A stretch of DNA of 64,000 nucleotides, taken from the NCBI RefSeq assembly GCF_006345805.1, contig NC_043004.1, positions 81,654,001 through 81,718,000 on the forward strand. The letters are read 5' to 3'. This DNA is from Octopus sinensis (lineage: Eukaryota). The notes beneath the pieces are model-generated. The model searched no databases. It saw only the letters and a list, made by a program, of their open reading frames with translations, and was not told the origin of the DNA. Each line of letters opens with the position of its first letter. The first letter of the stretch is position 1. This document shows positions 39,370 through 53,007 of this stretch, piece by piece. A program made the translations under genes and the position numbers.

Positions 39370-39418
<49 letters not shown>

Positions 39419-39422
<4 letters not shown>

Positions 39423-39735
39423 GTGGGCCAAAAGTCACGCACGAAAACGTTTTATTTATATTACACTATTAGTACTAATATTTATTTTTTTCCCCTTCAT
39501 GTACATTTATGTGAGTTATTAATCATCATTTCCTTTATTTTTTATTTAATTATTGAAAAAAAAAAAGAATGAAGCATGTCTGACAATTCCGGAGCGTATT
39601 GAATAACTCAGAATAACTTAGAAAGGTTTTGGCCAGTATTGGCCCAGGCCATGTCTAACTTAATAGCACCACCTGGCGAAGTCTTTCAATTGTACTTATT
39701 GTACTTATTTTGTGCGTGACTTTTGGCCCACCCTG
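39419..39735. mobile_element. Tc1-like MITE
   Basis: Perfect 24-bp TIR cagggtgggccaaaagtcacgcac; TA at right end. Confidence 0.85.
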
Positions 39736-39808
39736 TATATGGAGATAGACAGATGGATACACATACATACATACATAATGTATGCACATATATAATATAT
39801 ATAATATA

Positions 39809-39889
<81 letters not shown>

Positions 39890-40109
39890 TATATACATAA
39901 AAATGTGACATTGTTTTTGTTATCAACATTCCAAAATTCCAACCATGTGGCTTTGTATTTTTGTAAGAAGCCAACTCCTTCCTCATACGAAAAATTTACA
40001 TAACTAATAACTGAAGAATATATACATACATACATACATACATACATACATACATACATACATACATACATACATACACATGTTCCATGTGAAATAAATA
40101 CTCTTTAGT

Positions 40110-40508
40110 CTTTACTCTTTCCCTTTCTCTTTTACTTGTTTCAGTCATTTGTCCGTGGCCATGCTGGAGCACTGCCTTTAGTCGAGTAAATCGGCCCCAG
40201 GACTTATTCTCTGTAAGCCTAGTACTTATTCTATCGGACTCTTTTACCGAACCGCTTGTTATGGGGACGTAAACACACCAGCATCGGTTGTCAGGCGATG
40301 TTGGGGCGACAAACACAGACACACACATATATACATACATATATACGACGGGCTTCTTTCAGTTTCCGTCTACCAAATCCTCTCACAAGGCTTTGGTCGG
40401 TCCGAGGCTATAGTAGAAGACACTTACCCAAGGTGCCACGCAGTGGGATTGAACCCGGAACCATGTGGTTGGTAAGCAAGCTACTTACCACTAGCCACTC
40501 CTACGCCT
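40110..40508 (-). mobile_element. SINE B
   Basis: Full-length match to other copies. Confidence 0.85.
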
Positions 40509-40595
40509 AGTAGTATGCACATGTGTGTGTGTGTGTGTGTGCGTGTGGCTACTTAGAATGAAGAACTTAAGATAAGACTGAATAAGCATTGCAGC

Positions 40596-40681
40596 CATAA
40601 TCATTAGTTCGACAAAATATATTTTATTTCTCGAAGACCCATAAGCGAAACAAAATATATTTTGTCGAACTAATGATTATG
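40596..40681. repeat. Perfect 30-bp inverted repeat, 26-nt spacer
   Basis: cataatcattagttcgacaaaatatatttt (40596-625) and exact reverse complement (40652-681). Confidence 0.9.
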
Positions 40682-41089
40682 AATCAAAAGTATGCACATG
40701 TGTGCGTGTGCGTTTTTTATTTGTGTTTGTCCTCCATCACTGCTCGGCAACCGGTGTTAGTGTGATTACTTCCCCGTAACTTAGTGGCTTGGCAAAAGTG
40801 GCCAATAGAATATGTAGCGGAATTTTAAAAAAAATAAAAATAAATAAGTACTGGGGTCGATTCGTGCAAAACTAAGATTCTACATGGTGGTGGTGCCCCA
40901 GCATGGCCGCAGTCTAATTACAAAAAACAAGTAAAAGAATAACAGATTAATATGTTTTAGTGCTCAAGAGGAACCATCTGGAACAAGTTAATCGTAAGTA
41001 GCGCGAACGGACTGACTCATCAGTCAGCAATGTTCAACTTCAATCTAGCAACAACAACAACAACAACTACTACTACTACTACTACTACT

Positions 41090-41141
<52 letters not shown>

Positions 41142-41275
41142 AGCAGCAACGGAGCCAAGACAAAACCACGTCCCTGGATATTAGAACAGAGACGATACGA
41201 AATGTGGAAGACGATGTTCTAGAATGCTCTTGGCCCTGTTCACTAAAATAAACAAAAAAAAACGAACTAAAGATA

Positions 41276-41314
<39 letters not shown>

Positions 41315-41510
41315 CGCACGCACGCACACATATGTAAGTATTGTATGTATATATTTGTGTCTGTCAGTCACTTAAGACTGTGTTTGTGACTTTGAGTTAG
41401 TTTAACTCTTATCTAGAGCAAAAGCGGTGCTATCAATACCCCCCCCCCGTCACTTTTGTGACCTCTATTAATTTTGCCTTCAGGTTCTAATTGCTAATAA
41501 GCCACACTTC

Positions 41511-41548
<38 letters not shown>

Positions 41549-41784
41549 TATATATATTATATATATATATATATTATATATATATATATAAAACAGAAGG
41601 AGATAACAAATCCGAAGCTGTGAGGAGTTTTCAGAACATTTATAATGAAATAGTCTTGCAGTTGTTTCTGGGTTATTATGGATATTGTCAGAGACGGTGT
41701 GAGAAAATATTTGAGTTCGAATTGTGTGTATATATATATATATAAATATAATTAATATGAATATATATATATATATATATATAC

Positions 41785-41845
<61 letters not shown>

Positions 41846-42291
41846 AAATATTAGGGAATAAATCCAAACTTACAGGGAAAAATCAGATTTAAGATTAATC
41901 CAATTTTATAGTATAAATATTTATATTATATTATATTAAATTAGAGATAAAACCACTATTAGGCAAATCAAACAATGAAAGCATAAGCCAATACATAAAA
42001 TTAATTAATTTATATTATTTAAAAATATATCAAAAGTATTAAAAGTTATATATATATATATATATACATACATGCACACACATACATATATATGTAAATG
42101 TATACGCAAAGTTCCTAGCTTCTCGGAAAATGCCTGGCTGGAGGCCCAACCTTATGATTTTTTCAAAGGGCTTTAGAAAAACTGAAGGACGGCGACAATA
42201 AGTATGTGAATATGAATAAAATCATAATTAAGTGGTCCTCCTGCATTTTCTTTCCCCCAAGGCCAGGAGCTTACAGCACCCCTTTGAATGC

Positions 42292-42334
<43 letters not shown>

Positions 42335-42878
42335 ATATATATATGTCCCTGCATGTACACACACACAATGAAGTGTTCTGTGATAGAAAATATATATATG
42401 TGTGCCTGTATATGTACGCGTGCTTGTGTGAATAGCCAACAGGATATTGTACAAATGAAGTGCTAACGTTAGCGGTCAATTGCTAGCTTGTTGATAGAAA
42501 AATTAGGTTGAAAAAACCAGATGAGAAGGACTGATAAAACTCTCAAATACTTACGTCTGTTGCTTCACTGTTTGCAATCATGGCCGCCAGAGATTTTGTC
42601 ACGGCAATTAGATAACGATTTACAGTGTATGAGCAGCAGATAGTCATGCTAATGAGAAACGCTATAGGCGTAAGTGTGGCTGCGTGGTAAGAAGCTTGTG
42701 TCTCAAACATATGGTTCTGGGTTCAGTCTCACTGCGTGGCACCCCGGGCAAACTTCGACTATAGCCTCGGGCCAACCAAAGCTTTGTCAGTGGAATTAGT
42801 AAACAGAAACGTAAAGAAGCCTGTCGTATATATATATACATACATATGTGTGTGTGTGTGTGTGTGCATATGTATATA

Positions 42879-43127
42879 TTAGGTTGGTACATAATTATTG
42901 CGGCTTTTTTTCAACAAATTTTATTCAACAAAACAGTAGCAACATGTATCAAAAATATCTTTAAATGATTATACCGGAGCATATTGACCATCTACTTCAA
43001 TTACTGCTTCCCATTTGCTTAGCAGACGGTCAGACCGTCATTTAAAGATGTTTTTGTTAAATATTATTATTGTTTTTGTTGAATGAAATTTATTGAAAAA
43101 AAAACCGTAATAATTATGCACCACACC

Positions 43128-43128
<1 letters not shown>
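42879..43128. mobile_element. Second copy of the same mariner MITE, opposite orientation
   Basis: Same TIR and interior as 18737-18973. Confidence 0.8.
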
Positions 43129-43158
<30 letters not shown>

Positions 43159-43248
43159 ATATATATTATATATATATAATATATATATATATATATAATA
43201 TATATATATATTATTATATATATATATAGGAAAAAAGCAACAAGAATG

Positions 43249-43352
43249 GATTAAAATCTCGGTACGATCGTTTCGTACGAGGACATCTTTAATAAGCTAC
43301 AAAAAATGCAGTGAATACAGATGGCTCGTACTCGTCAATCAAAAAAATATCA
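43249..43352 (-). ncRNA. Degenerate copy of the 12813 HHR
   Basis: Same stem II and helix III; core TTGACGA (C3U, 43338-32); stem I TTCGG changed to TTTGA. Confidence 0.7.
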
Positions 43353-43739
43353 GAGAATTCCCAAACATCAAAAGGGGTAGATACAAAAGAGGTTGTAAGA
43401 TTAACTGCATTGAAGAAAGTTCGATTCGTGGAGATCCGATGAAAGGTTTTAAACCTGTAGAATTTATGCATGTCTACATATAGCTCATATTGAATATTAT
43501 ATATATATATATACGTGTGTGTGTGTGTGTGTGTGTGTGTCTTTGTTTGGCCCCACAACCGCTTGGCAACCGGACCAGGTGTGTTTACGCCCCCCGTAAC
43601 TTTACGGTTCGGCAAAAGAGATCGTTGGAATAAGAACCAGGCTTTAGAAAAAAAGTACTGGGTGTCGATTCGTCCGGTTGAAATTTCTCAAGGTGGTTCT
43701 CGAATATGGCTGCAGTCTAATGACTGAAACAAATAGAAG

Positions 43740-43806
<67 letters not shown>

Positions 43807-44337
43807 TCTATAATTATAAGCATAATTATAATTAGAGTTCAGCAAAAATTGCTTCACCACATAGAGTGAAGCAGACACGGCACTTTGTTCGTCGCACTAC
43901 AAAACCACGGTCTTACCTGAACAATGATTTGTAAGAGAAAAAGACGCAAGGCTACATACTTAGGGGGTGAGATAGTCGATCTTAACGCCCCCAATATATA
44001 TGGGGGGTCTATTTAAACGACAATTTCCTCCCCTAAAACATCTGGCCTTGTAACAAGTTTGAAATCATTATCGATAATGATTAGCATTCCTTTGATTGTG
44101 ATATTTATATTTTGGTAACCATGGATTCTTACTGATTAATATTAGTTTTCTTTTCTTTACATTTGTTGTTTTTTGGACAAAGCTGTAAGAATTGACGGCT
44201 TTGTCCAAAGAAAAGGACAGCATCCATGACCTCTCGCAAGTTCTTTTAAATGGTGGAACGAAAGAGGGTGGGGAAGAAGGAACTATGGCTCACAGGTGAG
44301 ACCTAATCTAAACATAATAGTATGGCTTCTGCTAAAG

Positions 44338-44582
44338 GTACCTATTTCTTTGCTACCCACAAGAGGCTAAACACAGAGAGGACAAACAAGGACAGACAAA
44401 CGGATTAAGTCGATTATATCGACCCCAGTGCATAACTAGTACTTATTTAATCGACCCCGAAAGGATGAAAGGCAAAGTCGACCTCGGCGGAATTTGAACT
44501 CACAACGTTGCGACAGACGAAATACCGCTAGGCATTTTGCCTGGCAAGCTAACGATTCTGCCATCTCGTCGCCTTATCCATG

Positions 44583-44627
<45 letters not shown>

Positions 44628-44870
44628 ATCTTTCTACTATAAGCACAAGGCCTGAAATTTGAGGGGAGGGGGATAAGTCGATTACATCGACCCCAGTGCG
44701 TAACTGGTATTTAATTTATCGACTCCGAAAGGATGAAAGGCAAAGTCGACCTTGGCGGAATTTGAACTCAGAACGTAAGGAGGGTCGAAGTGTCGGTAAG
44801 CATTTCGCCCGGTGTTCTAACGATTCTGCCAGCTCGCCACCTTATAATAATAATAGTAATAATAATGATG

Positions 44871-44901
<31 letters not shown>

Positions 44902-45085
44902 GAAGAAGAAGAAGAAGAATAAGAATAAGAATAATAATAATAATAATGATCCTTTCTACTAGAGGCATAAGGCATGAAGTCTTGGGAGAGGGAACAAGTC
45001 GATTACATCGACCCCAGAATTTCATTGGTACTTAATTTGTCAATCCCGAAAGGACGGAAGGCAAAGCTGACCTCGGCGGACTTGT
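44338..45085 (-). mobile_element. Three SINE A copies separated by (TAC)n and (TAA/GAA)n
   Basis: Same central domain three times; tails abut microsatellites. Confidence 0.8.
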
Positions 45086-45487
45086 AAAAGTATTATTGTA
45101 CATTTCCGGCGTGAAGAAAGGACACTTTTATAACTGAGAGCTTATAAAAAGCCAGAGAAAACCGTTTACTAGACATGATTTATACCCCAATATCATAAGC
45201 ATAATTTCATTCCTCGGCCTTCAAAACAATCATTAACAATACACACACAAACACATATATGCGTAAAGTAACTGCAGTACGTCGTTCATTACTTCACATT
45301 TTAGGCTGTTTATGTATTTGACATTTTAACAACCTAAAAGTGGAGAACTTAGCACTTTTCTATTCAAATTTGAAATCATCCGCCCCCACGCCCCAGGCGA
45401 AATCTATAAAAAAGCCATAAAAATCCCCACCAACTGTTAAAACTTGAAGACTCAAACAGAAATTTAATATACAAGTTGTATATCATA

Positions 45488-45566
<79 letters not shown>

Positions 45567-45570
<4 letters not shown>

Positions 45571-45900
45571 TTTTATTCGTTTCAGTCATTTCATTGCAGC
45601 CATGCTGGAGCACCGCATTTAGTCGAACAAATCGACCCCAGGACTTATTCTTTGTAAACACACCAATATCAGTTGTCAAGCGGTGGGGGTCAAACACAGA
45701 TACCCAAACATATATACACACACACACATATATATACGACGGACTTCTTTCAGTTTCCGTCTACCAAATCCGCTCACAAGGCTTTGGTCAATCCGAGGCT
45801 ATAGTAGAAGACACTTGTCTAAGGTGCCACGCAGTAGGACTGAACCCGGAACCATGTGGTTGGTAAGCAAGCTACTTACCACACAGCCACTCTTGCGCCT
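45567..45900 (-). mobile_element. SINE B
   Basis: Near full length with an internal deletion. Confidence 0.8.
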
Positions 45901-45905
45901 ATATA

Positions 45906-46333
45906 TCGGAGAATTTCTTCAACTTCACCAGTCTCAGTTTGGAGGTCTGGTAAAGGGCCGAGTCCTGCTACCGCACATACGGCCTTCCAGCATCAAGGTT
46001 TGACCACAATCTCTAGCAGCTTCACATAACCATCTGAATTGATCCTAAGGCCCTGTTCAAATATGAGGGGATGAATTCTGGTATGTAGATGCAGTCAGAA
46101 TACCTGCTGTGTCCCTTCCTGCAAGTTATGGCTTTGTAGTCTCCGTTGCCGCTGTCTCTGTCACGTCTTACAGCCTTTACAGTGTTCATGAAACATTGGA
46201 CCAGCAGTCATGATGTCGGTATTTTGATACCTAATGCGAATCATCATGATACAGGCAACTCTTTTCCAATATTCAGATGGCTTCCAGTCCTCCATGTCAG
46301 ACAACTTTTTCTCAACTACAATGTTGTAAAGCG
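45906..46333 (-). pseudogene. Tc1/mariner-superfamily (maT/DD37D-like) transposase remnant
   Basis: HIFEQGLRINSDGYVKLLEIVVKP ... AGRPYVR-QDSA motifs; continues beyond the CR1 insertion at about 46620-46700. Confidence 0.6.
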
Positions 46334-46341
46334 GTCTTTTG

Positions 46342-46611
46342 CCGCTGTTGCCGCGTGGGCTGCGGGGTCACTCCGAAAAGCTCTATCTACGACGATTTCA
46401 TCTCAATCGAAGGAGAGGGGCTTTCTCCGTCCGGGTTGCGGATCCGTGGAATAAGCTGCCGGAAGAGATAGTGAAGATGCCGACGACCACTCGGTTCAAA
46501 ATCTCTCTTGACCATAAATGGCCTGAACTCTTTGTATGACCACCCTCCCTGTCCCCCTACATGGCCTTGCTTTTGCTTTTCGAGCCAATAAAAATTGAAT
46601 TGAATTGAATT
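46342..46611 (+). mobile_element. 5'-truncated CR1-clade LINE 3' end
   Basis: LRGHSEKLYLRRFHLNRRRGAFSVRVADPWNKLPEEIV...FKISLD*, (AATTG)n tail, TSD gtcttttg at 46334-41 and 46612-19. Confidence 0.85.
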
Positions 46612-47464
46612 GTCTTTTGACAACGGTTGTCGCTCTGACAGATATTGTTACATCCCAAAGTCGTCCATAGAATGTTTCTATCTGGAACTGTACGACCCCC
46701 ATTCATACAGTGGTATTATACTCAATATGTTAGATCATTATAACGATCAACTCAGTATCACAGTATAATTACTATATCAGCACAGACACGACTACCAACA
46801 TAGTCTACACCTACTCTCGATCTTCTGACCTTCTTCTGTCGACTGGCTACTGGTATATTTATAATGACTGCTTCCTACCACTTTTTACTGGGAGGGGTGT
46901 ACAGTTTCACTATACAACATACAACTTTAATCTTTATGCTCTCCAACACCGTTGACTGTTCACCAATGCATCAAGCTGTTTTTTAAAAGAAGCAGATATA
47001 AAAAAATCGTCAAATTTAACCCGAACAGCTTATATTAGGAACCTTTGTCGTCAAAGCTCGAAGTAGTTGTTTATACTCGCCGATTAAATTTCTAACCAGT
47101 TCTTTTAATATTTGTGCAACATCAACTGGCGGCACAATAAATGGAAAAGTTCTAAAAATTATGAGAAAAAAGCATATTCCAGATTTTTTTTTTGTTATAA
47201 CTACTTTTCGGTAATAACGTCTGAATTTTACGATAACGCAGTAAAATAATAAATGAATGGCTAAACAAAAAGAAAACAAAAACAAAAACAAAAATAGAAG
47301 CAAAAAGACAGCTTTAAACTTTAAATATTTGCTGTTAGGAAGTGGTTTGAAAACGCATTAAAAGTCGCCGTATTTTCTCACACACTCACAAACACTTTCA
47401 GAATGGACATATGCAGGCAGGCAGCAGTACTTTTAAAGTTAATGAATTAAACATCTGTACACTT

Positions 47465-47513
<49 letters not shown>

Positions 47514-47900
47514 CACACGCACACAGATATGCATACACAAATTTCCAACATTCACACACACACGCACATGCATAACGAATAAATTTCATAAACAAAACTT
47601 TACACATACATACATGCATACATGCATGCATACACAGATGCATATGGACGTATTCATCATGAGAATACAAATAGTCCTATTGATTACCCAATGCAAATTT
47701 TAAAGTTAGCAATAAGTCTTTTTTAATTTCTTTTAAATTAAATTTTCGTATGGAAATGCAATATTTTAAATTTTATTATACACTAAAAATTATTCCATAT
47801 TTAAATTGTTCCCTGGATAAAATTATTATTCCATAAAATAATATAGTTAATAAATTACTGAAGGAAACGTTGACTCGAAGGTCGTTGAAAAAGTCGTTCC

Positions 47901-48335
47901 GGATCTATACGGTTTGAACGGCAGCTTTTAACATAATTTCTAGGTAACTAAAAATTTTAAAATTTCGTATACTGGTAGAATGTGTTTATAAAACATCTAT
48001 TTCTCTTGGCTTTATTGAGAAAATTCTATAGTTTGTAAGATATTTGTTGTTTTTTTTCTTCAATTCCAGCAATTTCAACCAATCAGTGACGTCTATTGAG
48101 TTAAAAAACATTCTGTGCCATATGAATATGTCCCTCGTTTAAGAAACAGATTGGGTTTATTTACATTTGTGAAGAAAAAAAGATACCCTTCCCTCTAACC
48201 CTAATCCTAACCCTAACCCTAACCCTAACCCTAAAACAGATTGAAATGCAATAGATCGATACTAGGGGCATAATTATGGGTGACAATTTCATATGATACC
48301 GCTAGAAAAAACTGCCGTTCAAACCGAAAAGATCC
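47901..48335. mobile_element. MITE with 8-bp TSD carrying (CCCTAA)n
   Basis: TSD gtcgttcc at 47893-900 and 48336-43; imperfect TIR ggatct..cggtttgaacggcag; telomere-type repeat at 48195-48234. Confidence 0.85.
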
Positions 48336-48820
48336 GTCGTTCCACTGAAGTTAACGAAACATTCTTCAATTTAATACTGAATTTAGTTCGGTGCACTCTG
48401 AGACGGTGGTGGTCTACAGTCTTACGACAGTGGTCATGCTGGAGCACCTCCTTCAAGGGGGTTTTTAGTGCTTCCTTCATAAGGTCGGTGAAAGATCCCT
48501 GGCAACTGCTTTGCTAAGCGTTCTGTCCTTGTCAGGATTTTGGTGGGAGAATTCAATAGCAATTACTCGTAGCTTTCTTTTGTGTACTAAACACACAAGC
48601 GCGCGCAGACACACACACACACAAACACACACACATGGAATGAGCAAAGTCTGCTTTATTCTGCATATGTGTATGCGTGTGTGTGTGTGTGTAATTAAAC
48701 AAACAATCGGATATTTAACCAACTGACTAATAATAAAAAAGTGGCATTGAACCAGTGCGTGTGTTAATAATATTGGTATAATGATTCTACCTAGACGCAA
48801 CAATATATATATATATATAT

Positions 48821-49031
48821 ACTCTTTTACTCTTTTACTTGTTTCAGTCATGTGACTGTGCTCCTTGCTGGAGCACCGCCTTTAGTCGAGAAAATCGACC
48901 CCAGGACTTATTCTTTGTAAGCCTAGTACTTATTCTATCGGTCTCTTTTGCTGAACTGCTAGATTACGGGGGCGTAAGCACACCAGCATTGGTTGTCAAG
49001 CGATGTTGGGGGGACAATCACAGACACACAA

Positions 49032-49076
<45 letters not shown>

Positions 49077-49250
49077 AATACATATATATGATAGGCTTCT
49101 TTCAGTTTCCGTCTACCAAATCCACTCACAAGGTTTTGGTCGGCCCGAGGCTATAGCAGAAGACACTTGGCCAAGGTGCCACGCAGTAGGACTGAACCCG
49201 AAGCCATGTGGTTGGTAAGCAAGCTACTTATCACACAGCCACTCCCACGC
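48821..49250 (-). mobile_element. SINE B
   Basis: Full-length match. Confidence 0.85.
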
Positions 49251-49292
<42 letters not shown>

Positions 49293-49465
49293 CATCCAAA
49301 ATGGAGACGAACAAGATCCTTCCATGTGGCCGGCTTGAAAAATTGTTAAGGCATTAAGATATTTTTCTTATCATATAACTAATGGTAGCCTTAATACATA
49401 AATAAAAAAAAAATTTATCCACCAGTGCGGTGTTGCGCATTCATTCTCATTATTTAACTCGATAG

Positions 49466-49805
49466 GGTCATATTTTTGCCAATTAAACACACGCACTGTA
49501 AACTTGGTCTTCACTTCAGCTTTATTATAATAACGATTATTATTTGAGTGACCTTTGTCTGAGCTCTTTCGTCACCCATCCTGTGACTTCCTTAACGACC
49601 CTGTAGCCCACGTGTTTCCTCTTATTGGCTTTATTCTGAGAGAGCCAGTATGGACTAAACAGAATAAGAAGAGACACGTGGGATGAGGAGTCATTAAGGA
49701 GGTCGCAGGATGGGTGACAAAAGAACAAAGGATACTATAATGATAATGATGATGAGGATGATGATGATGATGATGATGAGGATGATGATGATGATGATGA
49801 TGATG

Positions 49806-49859
<54 letters not shown>

Positions 49860-49914
49860 GCTGAAGTAAAGACCAAGTATATAGTGCGTGTGTTTAATTG
49901 GCAAATATATGACC
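49466..49914. repeat. Diverged fold-back, arms about 160 bp, right arm expanded by (ATG)n(ATA)n
   Basis: ggtcatatttttgccaattaaacacacgcact pairs with agtgcgtgtgtttaattggcaaatatatgacc; inner gtcacccatcctg pairs with caggatgggtgac. Confidence 0.8.
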
Positions 49915-49924
49915 ATCCCCAAAC

Positions 49925-49925
49925 A

Positions 49926-50024
<99 letters not shown>

Positions 50025-50025
50025 G

Positions 50026-50060
<35 letters not shown>

Positions 50061-50077
50061 ATCTATCTATCTATCTA

Positions 50078-50160
<83 letters not shown>

Positions 50161-50228
50161 GTCTATCTATCTATCTGATTGGCTGTCTGTCTGTGACTGT
50201 CTGTTGGTCTATCTACCTATCTCTCTAT
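49925..50228 (+). repeat. (TCTA)n/(TCTG)n; similar tracts at 4068-4148, 19975-20165, 21225-21385, 51653-51708
   Basis: Directly visible. Confidence 0.95.
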
Positions 50229-51104
50229 CTAAATGTTGTTTCAGTTATTAGAGTATGGCCATGCTGGAGGATCACCTTGAAGTACTTTTTTAAAGCTCAG
50301 CATTTATTCTATCGGTCTCTTTTACCGAACTGTTAAGTTACAGGGACGTAAACAAACCAACACTGGTTGTCAAGCAGTGGTGGGGAACAAAGACAAAGAT
50401 ACGCATACACATACCCAAACACACACACATGTATATAGGACGGTCTACTTTCAGTTTCCGTCTTCCAAATCCACTCACAAGAATTTAGTCAGCCTGAAGC
50501 TTTAGGAGAAGACACCTGTCCATGATGTCACGCAGTGGGAGTGAACCCGGAACTATGTGGCTTTGAAGCAAACTTCTTACCACACAGCCACATGCGTAAA
50601 TACGTGCACATGACGATATATATATATGTGTATATATTTACATGTATATATGTATGTTTGTGTATGCGTGTATGTGTATGTGCGTGCGTTTGTGTCTGTC
50701 ATCCACCATAGCCTGACAACCGGTGTTAGTGTCTTTATGTCCTCGCAAAAGGTACCGACAGAATAAGTAACAGGCTTAACAGAGTACTGGGGTCGATTCA
50801 TCCGCACCCCCTCCCCACCAAATTCTTCAAGGCGGTGCTCCAGCATGGTCGCAGTCTAATGACTGAAACAAATGAAAGACAAAAGGGAGATAGCACGAAC
50901 AGCAACTTGTGAAGGAGAGTGTGTGATCGATAGTATCGAACTCAATGCCTCATTGGTCTCTTGTTTCATTTTGTCCACCGGGGTGGTGGTGGGGGGTAGG
51001 GTTAAAGGCAAAGTCGAATCTGGCAGAATTAGAACCCAGAAGTCTAAGATATGGAATATATTCTGCTATGCGTTCTATCCAGACAACCATGCGGATAACT
51101 AATC

Positions 51105-51450
51105 TTACTCAATCACTGACTCACTGCTCATTCATTCATTCACTCATTCATTCACTCATTCATTCATTCATTCATTCACTCATATACTTACTCACTCATT
51201 CATCACTCACTCATTCAGTCTCTTATACACTTATTCATTCGCTCATTTACTCAGTCAATCCCTCATTTGCTCATGCATTCCTTCCTTTATCCATTCACTC
51301 ATTCGCTCACTGGGTTACTCATACATTTTCACTCATTCACTCCGCCATTTAAGCACTTATTCCTTCATTCCTTCACTCATTCACTCATTCACTCATTCAT
51401 TCATTCATTCATTTATTCATTCATTCATTCATTCATTCATTCACTCACTA
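51105..51450 (+). repeat. (TCAT/TCAC)n degenerate microsatellite
   Basis: Directly visible. Confidence 0.9.
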
Positions 51451-51653
51451 ACTAGCTACGTTTGTGGGTCACCTAGATAGTCAAAAAGCTATTACCCTCC
51501 ATCAGCTATTAAACTTATCTCTATTCTCTGACGTTGAAAAACACAAACATTGCCATGATGTTTGGAGACAAAGCCACCTTGACACCAATAATAAAAGTGC
51601 TATAAACACTACAATCCATCCATAACGAGGACAATCAATTACGTGTGTGTTTG

Positions 51654-51706
<53 letters not shown>

Positions 51707-52805
51707 TTAGATAAATAAATAGACAGAAAGAAAGATAGATAGATAGATAGCTGGAGAGACCGATATAGATATACACAAATACCTATTTCTTTACTACCCA
51801 CAAGGGGCCAGACACAGAGGGGATATACACAAATACCATAGCAGCTACGACATCAATAACAATAACACGAGGGTAATGCTGAAGAATTTTTCTCCTATTT
51901 GCATAAAGTACATTAGGCCACCCACCGTTCGTTAGAGAGCAAAAATGAGGTCACAGAGAAGCATATGACTGTCAGTCTGCAATCTAGAGTTATGATGTTG
52001 CAGGCAAAATGCGGTTTTCATCGAAGTCTAGGAGTCTCTTGCTCACGAAAAAAAAAAAAAAACCAAAAAAAAAAACGAAACGAATGCAGGGTACTGGAAT
52101 ATGTTTCGTCAGTCAACTCTACCTGAAAAATCAATGAAATGCACGCCAAGTGACGAATACGTCCAGCGTACATTCGCTCAGGGTCCGTGCATTGCCATCG
52201 CTGCCAGGCTGGACAAATTAGCCATTATTTTCTGCGTATCAAAAGTGGCCAACTTGGCACTGTGTGTTCGTCGCTGCTCGATTTGCGAGACGGCCTCTTC
52301 GATCGGGAGAAGAGCTGCCCATTTCGCTTGTTCCAGGTTTCAAGAATAGATCGCGGTCGTAAACTTTCCCCGGGACCTCTCAGTCGTTCGTTTTACCGGA
52401 CACAATTGCGTGTCGTTCTCCTGTTGGCACCAGCTATCCTGAAGGAAACTTCGCAGGGATCCAACTACAAGACGACACAATTGTGTGGCTAGAGCTTCTC
52501 CTCTTAGGCCGATCTTTATAAAATTCTTCAAGTGTCCATGATGAGAGAGGTGAAGGTAGCAAAGATGACCCTGCTTTCCCAGTTGAGTGAGGGTGAAATT
52601 TGAGGGGCTAAATAGGTTTGCTCTAACTAGGCTGTTATAGGCTGGCGGTAAGATTCGAGAAAGGGGTACTTGTTTATGGCCGGTCAGGTTGATCCGGCGT
52701 GTTTTTGTGGGGTAATCAGAATCAACTTATGTAATCGAACTCCCTCATTTTGAGGACTCCCGTTCTTATTTAGATTTCCCTATAAGGCCATTGTTGTTTA
52801 TTATT

Positions 52806-53007
52806 AGGGAGAGTTTACCAAATAAAAAAAACAAAACAAAAGACGAAGACAGGTGGTGTACAAAACAAACAGATGTATTAGTATAATGCTCAGGAATAGA
52901 AAAAGTCTTTTACGTTTCGAGCCTACGCTCTTCTACAAAAAGGGACACAGAAAAAAAGGAGAGAAACAAAGAGAGAAAAAAATGTGTGTAGTGGCTAACG
53001 ATTTATT
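52806..53007 (-). mobile_element. Family P1 copy (core TTGTAGA)
   Basis: Near-identical to the 55713 copy but C3 changed to T. Confidence 0.7.

Noticed and set aside
44696-44962. Recurrent ORFs such as RKDERQSRPRRNLNSE and [16 protein letters not shown]
   Set aside because: Translations of SINE A and SINE B, not genes.
48195-48234. True telomere or chromosome fusion site
   Set aside because: Only about 40 bp, enclosed in a TIR element with a TSD.
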